This document shows positions 27,533 to 41,330 of a stretch of DNA of 64,000 bases, in pieces (within the stretch, counting starts at the first letter, position 1; each line of letters begins with the position of its first letter). Below the pieces are notes generated by a model. That model saw nothing but the letters and a program-made list of their open reading frames with translations, was not told the DNA's origin and ran no database searches. A program made the position numbers and the translations under genes. Where the stretch lies: NCBI RefSeq assembly GCF_006345805.1, contig NC_043017.1, positions 5,828,001 through 5,892,000 of the forward strand, in the 5' to 3' direction. Source of the DNA: Octopus sinensis. Its lineage: Eukaryota.

Positions 27533-27781
27533 ACATCATCATCACCTACCTCATCACCTCCATCATTACGACGACGACGACGACGACCACCACCACCACC
27601 ACAAAGATCGCTACTACCATCACCGCCACCACAGCCACCATTATTACTATCACCCTCACCACCACCTCCACCATCATCATCAACGAAACAACACCACCAC
27701 CATTACCATCATCAGCATCACCACCAATAACATCACCACCACAGCTAACATATTCCCATGTATATTAATACCCGCGTCATC

Positions 27782-27817
<36 letters not shown>

Positions 27818-27875
27818 TTCACACACACACACACACACACACACAACACACACACACACATACACACACACATTA
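27378..27875. repeat. Compound (CAT/CCT/CAC)n plus (CA)n
   Basis: Direct inspection. Confidence 0.9.
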
Positions 27876-28381
27876 TATTGAGAGCTATTAACCATTAACT
27901 TCACCGAAGTAAACTATACGTTTCTGATATCTTAACCATCACGCTATCGTATCATACAAACCAATACCATTAGCCAACGTTATCATTAAATAGCTATATT
28001 ACAGGGCCTTGTGTGTGTGTGTGCGTGCGCATGTGTGAGTGTGTGGATGCGTGCGCATGTGTGTGTGTGTGTGTGTGTGTAAATTAGAGATCTCTGTGAT
28101 AAATATAATGCAGGGCTTATGTGTCAAGTGAAGTCAAGTCAGGTTGTTTATTATCAAATTTTGACAATGTTACTTCTTTTCTTTCCATGTTATAAATTAT
28201 TTTATCACATCACATCAATTCTACATCATAAACCTTGCTTTCTGGATGATTAAAACCACTGACACCTCTCACTCGCAAAATCTTCATCACATTCTTTATG
28301 CATTTGCGTATGCGAGTGTGTATATACATACATAATATTTGTGTATGCTCATTTGTGAATGTATCTGCTTGTATATATATG

Positions 28382-28492
<111 letters not shown>

Positions 28493-29162
28493 ACACACAC
28501 ACACACATATACACATCGTTAACTACCTCTGTATCAATCTATTTATCTATGATCTATACATGTTTACATGCATATACCATTTTCCATCTAGCGTACTTGC
28601 ACATACACACGCACACATATGTATGTGCATGTATGTGTGTATGTGTGTGTATGAGCGTGCGTGTGCATGTATATATGTATTGTATAGTATACTTTTATTA
28701 ATAACGATACTGGATAAACATACATAATAAATATACAGGACAGGCCTGATCGATTTCCAGCCGTGTTAATCTTGCATCAGAGAATCAGAGAAATTAATAA
28801 TTTCCCATCCACAGCGTATGCACTTTTATGCAAATTAGGCAGAACAGTTTAGTTAAAACTTGGTTCATGCACACTACAGTGTGATTAAATCGCACTGCTG
28901 ACAAAAGAAGTAGGAGCTGGTATTGATTTATAAGTCTTTAATACACTGTGTATTATATTACGATTGTAAAACGAAGTACGGTGTCCCTACCAGCAATTAA
29001 TATGGACGTATCAGTTGTCAGGAATGTGTTTAATACGTAAATTAGTCTGTCCAATATTGTTACACAACTAAGCTTAGTGGCTATTTGAGCAATGAGTCCG
29101 TGGATGGTCAATGGGTTCGATCTGTTGCTACAGAAGGGGCAATAACTCCTGTAATACGCATA

Positions 29163-29682
29163 CCGTAAATCCTCGAGTATAATCCGCATTTTTTTCCCAA
29201 AATTTAAAGGTCAAAATACCTAGTGCGTACTATATACGAGGTTAAAAATGAAAAATATTTTCTAAGCAATGTCCAAGTTTCTATTTGCTGTCCGGCAATG
29301 TTTATTCCGACGCATTTTGTGATGTCGGGCACGAAAATACCTTAAGCTAAGCCTGAAAGCAATGAAGTCATAAAAGAATCATCCATAACTTGCAGTAAGC
29401 AACATTTATTAAAATAAAAGTATTCAGAACACAGAATAACGTGACAAAAACAATTTGCAAACATATTTACATTCCCATATAACAGTTAAGAACATCACCA
29501 TTATTGTATTACGCATGCGCGGAAGTGTTTGTTCGACTAGGTGCTACTAGCTCAATTACGCACGACTCAAGTTAGAGAAGGGGTGCGTATTATACACAAG
29601 GTTTAGCTTTTTCAACCCCCTAAAAATCACCTGCGTATTATACTCAAGGGCGGGATTTATAGTATACAAAAGGGATTTACAG
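29163..29682. mobile_element. Tigger/pogo-type MITE
   Basis: TA|CCGTAAATCC...GGATTTACAG|TA termini with subterminal GCGTA(C/T)TATA repeats and a TA TSD. Confidence 0.7.
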
Positions 29683-30128
29683 TATACAATCTTTACCTAT
29701 TTTTCTATCTCTGATGTGAATTTAGTGACACATATTGATTATACTACAGCTATTTTCCTATGAAATTAATCCGTGGTTTGACTAATTTTAAACCATGCCT
29801 GTGTCGAATTATGTTTAAGAAACACGTCAGGTTCACTCTTTGCTACGATAATAGACTTATATTCGAGTATTTGTGAATCTAGAGGGATATATCATCCAGG
29901 TGGATACCGTGCACATACTCAATGCATCAGAAACATGTGTAGGTCATTGTAACCATAAAAATATGTTGTATGACAAACTGTGAACTAAAAGAAAACATTT
30001 TAGTATGTACCCGTCTCCGTATTTTTTCTCGCTATAATCAATTATAATTATTCTATGTATATATATCATGTTGAACCGTTAATCCCTACACATTTTTTTC
30101 TCTCCCCGTTTTTTCCCCCCTCGCGATC

Positions 30129-30164
30129 CTTTCTGTCGAAGGGCGTAGGCTCGAAACGTCAAAG
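30129..30164 (+). ncRNA. Variant minimal hammerhead motif in a short interspersed repeat (~30087-30255)
   Basis: cttt-CTGTCGA-A-gggc(gtag)gctc-GAA-ACGT-C-aaag. All three stems form and the triplet is GUC, but core A6 is replaced by U. Confidence 0.55.
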
Positions 30165-30319
30165 ATTTTTCTATTCTTCCCGAGCGCTAAAATAATACAC
30201 ATGTTTGTTGTTACTTTACCTGTCTTCGTCTTTTGCTTTCTGTAAATTTGAACAATGCGTGTGTGTGTGTGCGTGCGCGCGTATATGTATATGTATATAA
30301 ATGTATGTATATATATGTA

Positions 30320-30373
<54 letters not shown>

Positions 30374-30528
30374 TTGTATGTATGTAGAAAGATGAACTAA
30401 ATCGGCTTGCCGGCTTAACTGCTTTCATTTTCCCTTGGCGTACCTCATCTAATTTACTAAAGGCACTCTAAGGCCTTTGTAATACTGTTATATTACGATA
30501 CCATAGGCTTACGTGTAATTCTGATACT

Positions 30529-30576
<48 letters not shown>

Positions 30577-30927
30577 AAGGTAGCTTAGAGACATTCAAAG
30601 CCGGTGTACTTACTCGCTTGCCCTGAATATTAATACACACACACATACACACACACACACACACAAAAGTAGGTATAGAGTAAGTATCACATCGATGTTA
30701 TAATTCTTCATAATTGATGATACGAAACACTTGGAAGAACTGAACAACAGCGGGTCTTCAGAGAAGAAACCCCGCCCCTCAGACAAATGTTTTAGCCCTT
30801 AACTTCTTACACACTAAGGGTAGCTGTGCTGCATCTAGATCATGACTCCGAGGTGTCCTCTCTGCTGACACTTCTTATAGACGAAAGGGTGCACGTGGTA
30901 TGCCATCAGCATACTACACTCAGTCAA

Positions 30928-30964
<37 letters not shown>

Positions 30965-31964
30965 TATATACACACATGCACACACACGATGTAAAGCCTC
31001 AAGAGCCGGTTGCAGCGGATCCTTATTGGTTGGTTTAATCCAATGTTCAATAGTTATGACTGGTTTTTGTTGCAATGAGTAGGAGAGGGAAAAGGTGGCC
31101 GGGTAGGGGTCGGGATACCAAGGTTATGTGGTCAGCAGTATGTAATGTAGCAATCTGTATTCTAACCATCCTTATTGACGTATGATGATGATGATGGTGA
31201 TGGTGGCGATGCTGATGGTAGCAGTGACAACGCTGCTATTGTTGTCGATAGTGTGATAGTGGTATGGTGTCGGTATTGATGGTAGTGATGGTAATGGTAA
31301 CGATGATGGTATTGGTGGTGTAGTGGTGATGTCCATAATAGTGTGGTTGTGGTTGTGGAGGAGGAGGTGGTGGTGGTGGTAATGGTGGCGGTGATGGTAG
31401 CGGTCTTTGTGGTGATGGTCGTGGCGCGGTTTAGTGGTAATTACAACCATACGGATGATAGAACCAACTGTTATGAACTAGTAGAACGATGTAGGAAGCA
31501 GGCGGGTTGCGCTGCGAGCGATATTTTATGAGAGTTGCAAGCTTCATCAAGCTTTCCGGGAAGACGTTTTGACGGTTCGACAAGAAAATGAAATTAAAAA
31601 CAAAAGCCAACGAGGCGTTATCAGAGTCAACGTGCCGGATTAAATGGCTGTTGGATGAGTGATAAAAGAGAACATGAAAATAACGACAACAACATCAATA
31701 TCAACAATAACAAAAACAACAGCAACAACAAGGAAAATCGACTTAAATTAACGAGGAAAATGCAAAGAGGCCCTTCACACTGAAAATCAAAACAAAGTAC
31801 TTTAAAAGCAAGTTGGATACAAATTGTTGAATTTTGTTTTAATCCACCTCAGGCCATAAACGAACCTCTAATTAGTAGAACACCAATGAATTAGCAATTC
31901 TATGAAACGTAACTTTTAATACGCTTAAATATTCTGAGAGAGAGAAAGAGAAAGAGAGAGAGAT

Positions 31965-32011
<47 letters not shown>

Positions 32012-33149
32012 GAGAAAGAGAGCGAACAACTTACTCTTATCATTTTATTATTATTATCATTATTCTTATTATTATTTTAATGTTAAAAAGAATTGTGTGA
32101 TTATTCTAGAGAGACTGTTTGGCGAAATAGTGAATATGAAATTATGAGTTCGAACTGTGTCGTCTGCAGAGGTTTTTTTCTGCGCTGATTTTTTAACTTC
32201 ATCTTCAAGGTGGTGAGCAGACAGAATCGCTAGTACGCCGGTCAAAATGCTTAGCGGCATTTCATCGGTTTTCAAATTCTGAGTTCAAATTGCACCGAGG
32301 CCGACTTTGCCTTTCATTCATTCGGCGTCGATAAATTAAGTACCAGTGAAACACTGGGTCTGTGTAATCGACTAGTTCCCTCCCGTACAATTTCAGGCCT
32401 TGTGCCTATAGTAGAAAGGGTTATTATTATTATCAATTAAGGCAATGAGTTTGCAGAATCGTTAGCACGTTGGACGATATACTTAGCGGCATTTCGTCCG
32501 TCTTTAGGTTCTGCGTTCAAATTCCACCGAGGTCGACTTAGCATGTCATCCTTTTGGGGTCGAAAAAATAAGTACCAGCTGAGTAATGAGCATAAGGCCT
32601 GAATACTTTTCAGGGAAGGGGTTTGTCGATTATATCAACCCCAGAGTTTAACTGTAAAATACTTTTAAGCAGTGTGGAAAGGAATGGACACATTGAGAAA
32701 GACAAGATGGTTATTAAGTGACCTATTGTTAGTGAAATCGTGGACTAGTGGTTAGGATGTACTCCTTACGATCCTAACATCATGAGTTCAATTCCTATAC
32801 CAAGTGGTGCGCTTTGTTCTTGAACAAATTACTTTATTTCGCATTGCTCCCGTCTACTCAGTTGTAAAAGATAGCATCCAGGTGCTGTGGCAGGCCTCTC
32901 ATCCTCGATCCACTACAGCGCGAATGTTCTGCTAGGCCAAAAGTGGTTTGGGGGTCCAGAGGACGTCTATACTTGCGACTACATAAGCACCTAAAGCATT
33001 TAGCAAAAGTAGGGTACACGTTGTCATGCCCGCTCTCTGTAATGCTAACTCTAAAAGGTATCGGGTGTTAACTCAGCAAAGTATCAGATGCTAAATGAAG
33101 TACAACTCAAGTATGTGACATCTTTTATTAGCTGTTCTTTGTTTGCTAA

Positions 33150-35200
33150 CTTTATTTCAATTTCTATATATTTACTGGTGGGCAGCGCATGGCTTTCTAC
33201 CCTCAACTTGCGGTTCCTCTACATTCAAACTTGCACATTCGGGAAATCCAGTCGGAACTTGTCGGACACTTGGAAATATCTGAGCAGGTTTGCGAGTCTT
33301 GGCACTCTCTTCCCTGTCGGCCATCCCCACACAATCTTGTTCTTCTAAGAAGCCATCTCAGTCTCCTACTCGCACTAAAAGGCTAGACGTTTCCAGGAAC
33401 ACATTCAGACACCTGAAGAGATCAGGCCACCCTGTCCCAGTTGTGGTAGAGAAGGCCGCTAAACTGAAAGAATCGATTCCACTGCTGGGCAGGTCCAGGG
33501 TCACCGTCATTCCATTGAAGTCCAGGAAGATCATCCTTGCCTCACTATCCCGGCCTTTCCCAAAGAACACTGCCAATTTTCTTCCGATCTAGATCTGCTA
33601 AAAGATGCGTATATCTCGTGGCACTCAAAACATGGTCGCGTGTGCGTGCATTCCAGAAATCACAGTCTCAAGAATAACGACCTAACGACCAATCAAATGA
33701 CTTCTAAATGAAGAACTGAGGTCGTTAACCAAAATGACCTCAGGCGACGCACTTTTATATATCTTACTCTGGCATTTGCTATGTTGGTCAGAAAAATGAA
33801 TGGAAACTATCCGCTCTTCAGCCTTGGACTTGCTGAAGAGCGGATAGTCCAGTCTTTATTACAAGCTGGGCTCCTTTAAATCACTCATTTATTTATTCTT
33901 TGTTAAGTCTCGGAACAAAACGTTCGATACTTCCTTGGACTTTTTCCAATAAAGTTTTGCAGACGGCTGACGATATCTTCAATATTTGTCTTTGGTGTTT
34001 TTGCCTCAAATTCAACAAAACCTTCATCTTCTGTTTGCATTTCTTCTCTGTTTTGTGCAATGTAATCCATCAAGTCACAGTTGTGTTTGCGTACAACGAT
34101 GACGTTGATGGAGTTTGTTTTTGTGTGTTTAGTTGATGCTGCGTTTGCTTGTTTTTCTGCTTCATTTTCTGGCCTTTGTACTGCGATTTTCTGTTTTCTT
34201 ACCGCTGTAGTTGTTGTTTGCTTTTTTGTGTGGTTGATGTGGCTGTGTTTTGTTGTTATTGTGGCTGGTGGTGGTGGTGGTGGTGTGGCTTCGGGTTTGG
34301 CTGTTTTCTTTGTAGTCGTGCTAGTTGTATTGGCGGTGGTATTGGTGGTGGTGTCTGGGGTTAAAGGTTGTTCGACAGGAGTACTCTCACTTCTTATATT
34401 CTTGGGTGGCCTATCTTTATTTCTTTTCTTTTTTCGCTTCTCCTCTTCGTCTCTCGACGATGTCTTCGAATCGGTGAGTTTTGAGATGGAAGAAGTGAGA
34501 TTTGAATCCTGGTCAATCTAAGTATCTAGATGTGTATTTCTGTATTTGTGTACTTGAGGGGTTTTTAGTGGTTGATTCTGCTGTTGTTGTTATTGTCACA
34601 TGGGTGTTCTATTGCTGCTTTTGTTGTTGCTGTTGCCTCTGCTATTTTTGCTGCTGCTTCTGCTTACGCAGCCTCTGTTATTGTTGCTGTTATTGTTCCT
34701 ACTGTTGGGGCTGCATGCTTTTGTGTGTTGTGTTTTTGTTTTTCGTGAGCAGAAGGGGTCTTCATTCTTTCGCCTTCTGTCATGAGCAAAAGGTTCTCAG
34801 GTGGTTGGTATCACCACATATGAGGAACCTGGGTCTTCTACTTTCGAGTGGGAAGTGCAGTCCTTCCTCATTCGCCAGTTGCATTTGATCCGGGATTTTC
34901 CCCAGGTATTCTGATTTCACCCGTAATAGAATTTCCAGTCCTATTCTGGACCAAGTTGCCAGTCTATATTTTTTAAATACGAGAAGTCATTTTTGCCTCG
35001 TACTTAGAAGGCAGAAAAAATGAAATTGGTAAATACTGCCTTGACCCGGTATGAGGCCATCTTTCTAGAGTGATCAATAATAGTTCGTATTTAAGATAAA
35101 GTCCACAGTAAAAATTAATTCTTTTAGTTATTAAACAACCAGAATTCTCGGACCATAATTGCATCACGCCTGAAAGATGTCGGCATATAATAATGATACT
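33150..35200 (-). mobile_element. L1/Tx1-like LINE remnant: ORF1 (CCHC knuckle), spacer, ORF2 APE endonuclease
   Basis: ORF1 reads TWSRIGLEILLRVKSEYLGKIPD...RRPRFLICGDTNHLRTFC (decayed CX2CX4HX4C), then a T/Q/K-rich tail, with a stop at ~33903. ORF2 starts near ATG 33775 and reads IKVRRLRS...ET...EIYASFSR...LAVFFGK...MIFLD...TGTGWPDLFRCLNVFLETSSLLVRVGD, an APE-like sequence with frameshifts. Confidence 0.75.
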
Positions 35201-35278
35201 TTCTATTATAGGCACGAGACCAGAAATATTTGGGGAAGTGGATAGTCGATTATATGGACAGCCCGAAAGGATGAATAG

Positions 35279-35365
<87 letters not shown>

Positions 35366-35375
35366 AATAATAATG

Positions 35376-35451
<76 letters not shown>

Positions 35452-35477
35452 TAATAACAACAACAATAATAATAATA

Positions 35478-35720
35478 ATGGTTTCAAACTTTTCCACAAG
35501 GGGAGCAATTTTGTGTAGGGAATAGTCGGTACTTAGTTTATCGACCCCGAAAGGATGAAAGACAAAGTCGACGGCAGCGGAATTTGAACTCAGAACGTAG
35601 CAACGGGCGAAATACCGCTAAGCAATTTGTCCACCGTGCTAACGATTCCGTCAGCTCGCCGCCTTTATAATAATGATAATAATAATAATAATAATAGTAA
35701 TAATAATAATGATAATAATA

Positions 35721-35752
<32 letters not shown>

Positions 35753-35753
35753 T

Positions 35754-35788
<35 letters not shown>

Positions 35789-36070
35789 ATAATAATAATA
35801 ATAATAACAACAACAATAATAATAATAATGGTTTCAAATTTTTCCACAAGGGGAGCAATTTTGTGTAGGGAATAGTCGGTACTTAGTTTATCGACCCCGA
35901 AAGGATGAAAGACAAAGTCGACGGCAGCGGAATTTGAACTCAGAACGTAGCAACGGGCGAAATACCGCTAAGCAATTTGTCCACCGTGCTAACGATTCCG
36001 TCAGCTCGCCGCCTTTATAATAATGATAATAATAATAATAATAATAGTAATAATAATAATGATAATAATA
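35478..36070. repeat. Near-identical 350-bp tandem duplication (SINE A piece + (AAT)n)
   Basis: ATGGTTTCAAA... at 35478 and 35828. The microsatellite interruptions are duplicated as well. Confidence 0.85.
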
Positions 36071-36291
36071 ATAATATTAATAATAATATTAATAATAAAA
36101 TAATTATGGAAACAACAACAACAACAACACCAAAAACGACAGTAATCACAATAAGAACTGCAACAACAACATCGAGAGCAATAATATCAATAAATTTGTC
36201 CTAACCACCTCACCGCCATGGCCTCCATTTTGTGGTTGTAACTTTGATGTAATTTTATCATCACCTGATGTCAAATACAATAGGACACTCG

Positions 36292-36373
<82 letters not shown>

Positions 36374-36419
36374 ATATATATATGTATATGTGTTATTTAT
36401 GTAATCTTCTATTAAATTA

Positions 36420-37670
36420 TCTTAGTCACCATAATTACAACGCATAATCTCACCTTTCCACCACATCTTAGCTCAGTCTCTCCTAATTAACGCGACTACT
36501 AATTGATACCGAGTTTTCTTTTACATAACCTCCATACCAAATTTCCACGACACCTAACTTCAAGCCCTTGCTCTAATTAACTCAGCCACTAATTAGTATT
36601 AAGTCTTCATTATCTTCGTTGCACACAACTTTCTTCATATACTGTAGCTCAGTCTTTGCTCACCTCTAATTAACCACTTTTCTTACCTTCCCTGCATCCG
36701 AAATTCTTCAGACACCTCAGCTCAGTATTTATTTACCTTTAATTAACTCAAGCATTAATTAAACAACAAATCTTCCTTATATTCATACACTCTACCTGTC
36801 TACCATACCTCAGCCCAGTCTCAGACAGTAAATTAACATAAAATCGTCGCATTACCTGTCATTAGCTCAGTCTCTACCTTTAATTAACTCAGTCACTAAT
36901 TAATATTAAGTCTACCTTCCTTGCACACAACTTTCTTCATATACTTTAGGTCAAGTTTGTCTAACATTCCCTGCATCCAACATTCTTCAGACACTTCAGC
37001 TAGAGTATTTATTTACCTTTAATTAACTCAAGCATTAATAAGCAACAAATCTTCTTTATCTTTATCCACTTTACCTGTCCATCATACATTAGGTCAGTCT
37101 CTACTACTAATTACCTCAGACAGAAAATTAACACCAATTCGTCATCTTACCTGTCTACCATACATTACCTCACTCTCTTCCTCAATTGATTCAACCACTA
37201 ATTAATATTAAGTCTTCCTTACCTTCCTTGCGCACAACTCTGTTCATATACTCTAGCTAAATCTTTACTCACCTGTAATTAAGCACTAATTAACGTCAAA
37301 CCTTTCTTACCTTCCCTACATCCAACATTCATCAGACACTTCGGCTCAGTATTTACTTACGTTTAATTAATTCAAGCATTAACAAACGACAAATCTACCT
37401 TATCGTCATCCGCTTTACCTGTCCACCATACTTTAGCTAAGTCTCCTACAACTAATTACCTCAGACAGTATATATTAACATAAAATCGTCACCTTACCTG
37501 TCAGCCATACATTAGCTCACTTTCTACCTCTAATTAACTCAGACAGTAAATTGACATCAAGCCTTCACATTACCTGTCCACCATACATTTAGCTCAGTCA
37601 CTAGTTCTAATTAACTCAGCCAGTTAATTAACACCAACTCCGCACCTCACCTTTCCACCATACCTTAGCA
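36420..37670. repeat. Degenerate minisatellite (~75-85 bp monomer) with a ~300-bp higher-order repeat
   Basis: Recurring TTAGCTCAGTCT..TAATTAACTCAG...TTACCTGTCCACCATAC. The marker TATTAAGTCT recurs at 36597, 36904 and 37206. Confidence 0.8.
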
Positions 37671-37957
37671 ATCATTCTTGTATCAGTGCAGTCTACAAAT
37701 AGTTTATGACATATCAGTGAATCTGATCAATTTATCAACTGACCGATTGACCACAAAACTTACATTTGCTTTCATTATATTGATGACTGCACAATTGACC
37801 AGCTGACCAACGAACTTTTATTGATTCTTCGATCCAATCCTCCCGTTATTGCTGTTTCTTTTTATTGATGCTACCATCGTTTGTGGTTTTGCAGCAAGTA
37901 CCAAGCATGGCATTGATGGTATTGTCGGTGGTAGTAGTAGTGGTGAAGAGTGCAGTA

Positions 37958-38384
37958 TGATGATGATGATGATGATGATGATAACGATGACGATGATGAT
38001 GACGATGATGATGATTATGATGATGACGATGACGATGACGATGATGATGATGACGATGACGATGATAATGATGATGATGATGATGATGATGATGGCAATG
38101 ATGGTGGTGTTGTGGTGGTGATAATGATGACGACGACGAAGACGTCGACGATGATGATGACGATGACGATGATGATGATGATGATGACGATGACGATGAT
38201 GATGATGATGATTGATGATGATGATGATGATGAGGATGACGATGATGATGATGATGGTAATGATGGTGGTGTTGTGGTGGTGATAATGATGACGATGATG
38301 ATGATGGTGTTGCCACTGCTACTGTTGCTGCTGCTGCTGCTGCTGATGGTGCTGAGGGTGCTGATGGTGGTGGTGGTGGTGGTG

Positions 38385-38416
<32 letters not shown>

Positions 38417-38420
38417 AATG
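37958..38420. repeat. (GAT/GAC)n microsatellite
   Basis: Direct inspection. An internal block is duplicated at ~38091 and ~38252. Confidence 0.95.
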
Positions 38421-38924
38421 ATGCGGAAGAAGATGCCGACGGTGCTGAAGATAGTGATGAAAACTATGTGTCATGAAAAATTGAAAGGAAAATATAAAAA
38501 AAGAAAATCCTTCCAGTTAAGGGCCTCGTCCTTCCCCGAACGACCAACGACAGCATCGGTTTGTGATAACATATCCCGGCCACAGGACAATTAGTTATGT
38601 ATCATAATATCCAAAGGCACAATAACAGATTTTAGGATAGCTCGAACTCACGATCACCCTCTGAATTAAGAGATTGATAGTCACAGTGGCCACCTCACCA
38701 TTGCATTTATTTAACGTGATGACCAGTAAGCTCCATCACAGAAACAACATTGATCAACTGACCAGCGGGCCGATTGACCATAAAACACCGCGTGACAAAC
38801 ATTTAGCTTCTGTAATATTATATTGTCGAATGATTCACTGATTGACTAATCAATTAATTACCATTCTTTAATTAATGGGTCACTATATTGTTATAGGAAA
38901 TACCATCTCCCACGTCTTTTTCTG

Positions 38925-39245
38925 TATGTATGTATGTATGTATGTATGTATGTATGTATGTATGTATGTATGTATGTATGTATGTATGTATGTATGTATG
39001 TATGTATGTATGTATGTGTGTGTGTGTTTTTGCGTGAAGAGACCTGTGGTTATAAAACTTCACGCACACATATACTCACAGCCCCACACACGCATACAAA
39101 TATATATTTGTTATATACATACGTTTAAAAGCGTATACACGCATACGTATACTTATATATGTCTATACAAAGACATATATGCATCTATATTTGTGTGTAT
39201 ATAATATACTTACATATTAGTGTATATATGTGCGTGTGAATATAT

Positions 39246-39282
<37 letters not shown>

Positions 39283-39548
39283 TGTATGTATGTATGTATG
39301 TATGTATGTATGTATGTGTGTGTGTGTGTTTTTGCGTGAAGAGACCTGTGGTTATAAAACTTCACGCACACATATACTCACAGCCCCACACACGCATATA
39401 AATATATATTTGTTATATACATACGTTTAAAAGCATATACACGCATACGTATACTTATATATGTCTATACAAAGACATATATGCATCTATATTTGTGTGT
39501 ATATAATATACTTACATATTAGTGTATATATGCGCGTGTGAATATATG

Positions 39549-39579
<31 letters not shown>

Positions 39580-39605
39580 GTTTTTGCGTGAAGAGACATG
39601 TGGTT
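38925..39605. repeat. ~300-bp tandem repeat (two copies plus a partial third) bounded by (TATG)n
   Basis: TTTTTGCGTGAAGAGAC..TGGTTA recurs at ~39026, 39329 and 39581. Confidence 0.85.
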
Positions 39606-40045
39606 AACCAAGCTGGTAGAGTATCGGCTTGTTGCCTGCAGGGTCTCCAGTTCATACCCAGCCTATGTCTATAGTAAGTATATACCTCGAGGGACTCAGC
39701 CCACGTAGCCTCGTGGAGGTATGCTTGACCAATGTAAATAAATTAGAAACTGGTGACAAGTTTGTTTATAAAGTTTTGCTGAAATTTTCCCACAGACAGA
39801 GAGAAGACAATGAAAGAAACCATAGCACGTACAACCTCAAGTGATTACACACGGAGATCTAACGACCAAGGAGATTATATTTGCTTGAAGCATAGGGATC
39901 AGAGAAAGTGTGTCTGTATGTGTGTGTGTATGTATGTGTGTATATAAAGTTAATCCAAACAAGAAAGCACAAAAAACACAGCAACTCGAGGACGTGGAAC
40001 AAATATAGTATTATTGGACGCTCAGGAAAGACGGAAAGAAGGAGG

Positions 40046-40080
40046 GTTTAACGTTTCGAGCGGAGCTCTTCGTCGGAAAC
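40046..40080 (-). ncRNA. Variant minimal hammerhead motif in a short interspersed repeat (~39950-40155)
   Basis: Minus strand reads gttt-CCGACGA-A-gagc(tcc)gctc-GAA-ACGT-T-aaac. All stems form, but core U4 is replaced by C. Confidence 0.55.
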
Positions 40081-40824
40081 AGGAGAAGGAAAGATCCAGA
40101 GAAGGGAAGACAGAGGAAAAAAAATCGCCAACGGTACACACGCAGTCACATTTTGAAATATATGTGTGTGTGTGTTTATATATGTATGTATATATGTGTG
40201 AGTGTATTTGTGTCTCTGTCCTCCGCCACTGCTTGCCAACAGCTGTTGGTGTGTTTGCATCCCTCATAGCTTAGCGGTTCGGCATATAAAAACCTGATAG
40301 AATTCGTAACATGTTCAAAGAGAAAACAAGAACGGGAGCATTACCATTCGACTAAAAATTACTCAATGCGGTGCCCCAGCATGGCCGCAATCTAATAACC
40401 GAAACAAGTAAAAGATGAAAGATTAAAAAAAAAAATAAAGATGAAAGATGAAACGGCACGAAACCTATTGGCAGGGATAGTTCCTGTTCGTGGGTAGTAG
40501 ACGCAATCTTTCTCCCCGCTTTACACCATCGCCGGATGTTGGGTGCATTTAGCAGAGTCCACTCTGTTGTAAATATTCAGGTTAGGTCTCTAGTTTGCTG
40601 TTAACTTCCTCTCTTATCACCAATCAGAGAAAAACTGAGAAAGGTCATGAATGCTGGCCTTTCTTTTCTATACGAAACAATAAAAAAAGAAATCAATAAA
40701 CGTCGAGGAGAAACAGTAAATGCAGACTTTTAATGCTCCATACATACTTCTGACTAATTATTTCGCTCATGTTTGAAATAATCGATTTCTTTCAACAAGG
40801 TAACCAGAATCAGCACCAGTACGG

Positions 40825-41001
40825 TGACGGTGACGACTACGACGACGATTGCCACCACTACAACCATGACCACCACTAACATCATTCCACGACCGGCGCC
40901 ACGTACGATGCCGCCGCCGCTGCCTTCACCACCACCACCACCACACAAGCATTACCTCCATTATCATTACCATCATCACGACTGCAGTGACAACGACAAC
41001 A

Positions 41002-41033
<32 letters not shown>

Positions 41034-41330
41034 CACCACCACCACCACTACCACGACGACCACGACGACCACGACGACCACGACCACCACCACCACTACC
41101 TCCATCACCATCACCACAACAACAAACATCGCCTATACAAACACCACCGTCGCGACCCCCTCCACCAACACTACAAGCACGACAACCACTTCCCCCACTA
41201 CGACCACTACCACAACGACCACCTCTGCCACCACCACCACCACCACCACCACAACCGCTGCTGCTGCTACCGTCACCATCATATCCACCGCCGCCGGCAC
41301 CACCAACACCACCACTACCACCACCAGCAT
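40825..41330. repeat. Compound (ACG/ACC)n microsatellite
   Basis: Direct inspection. Confidence 0.9.

Noticed and set aside
36420-37670. Regularly spaced repeats superficially like a CRISPR array
   Set aside because: The context is eukaryotic, the units are degenerate, the intervening sequences are themselves repeated, and there are no cas genes.
37846-38594. Poly-Asp, poly-His and poly-Met ORFs resembling biomineralisation or metal-binding proteins
   Set aside because: They come from the (GAT)n microsatellite and have no signal peptide or exon boundaries.
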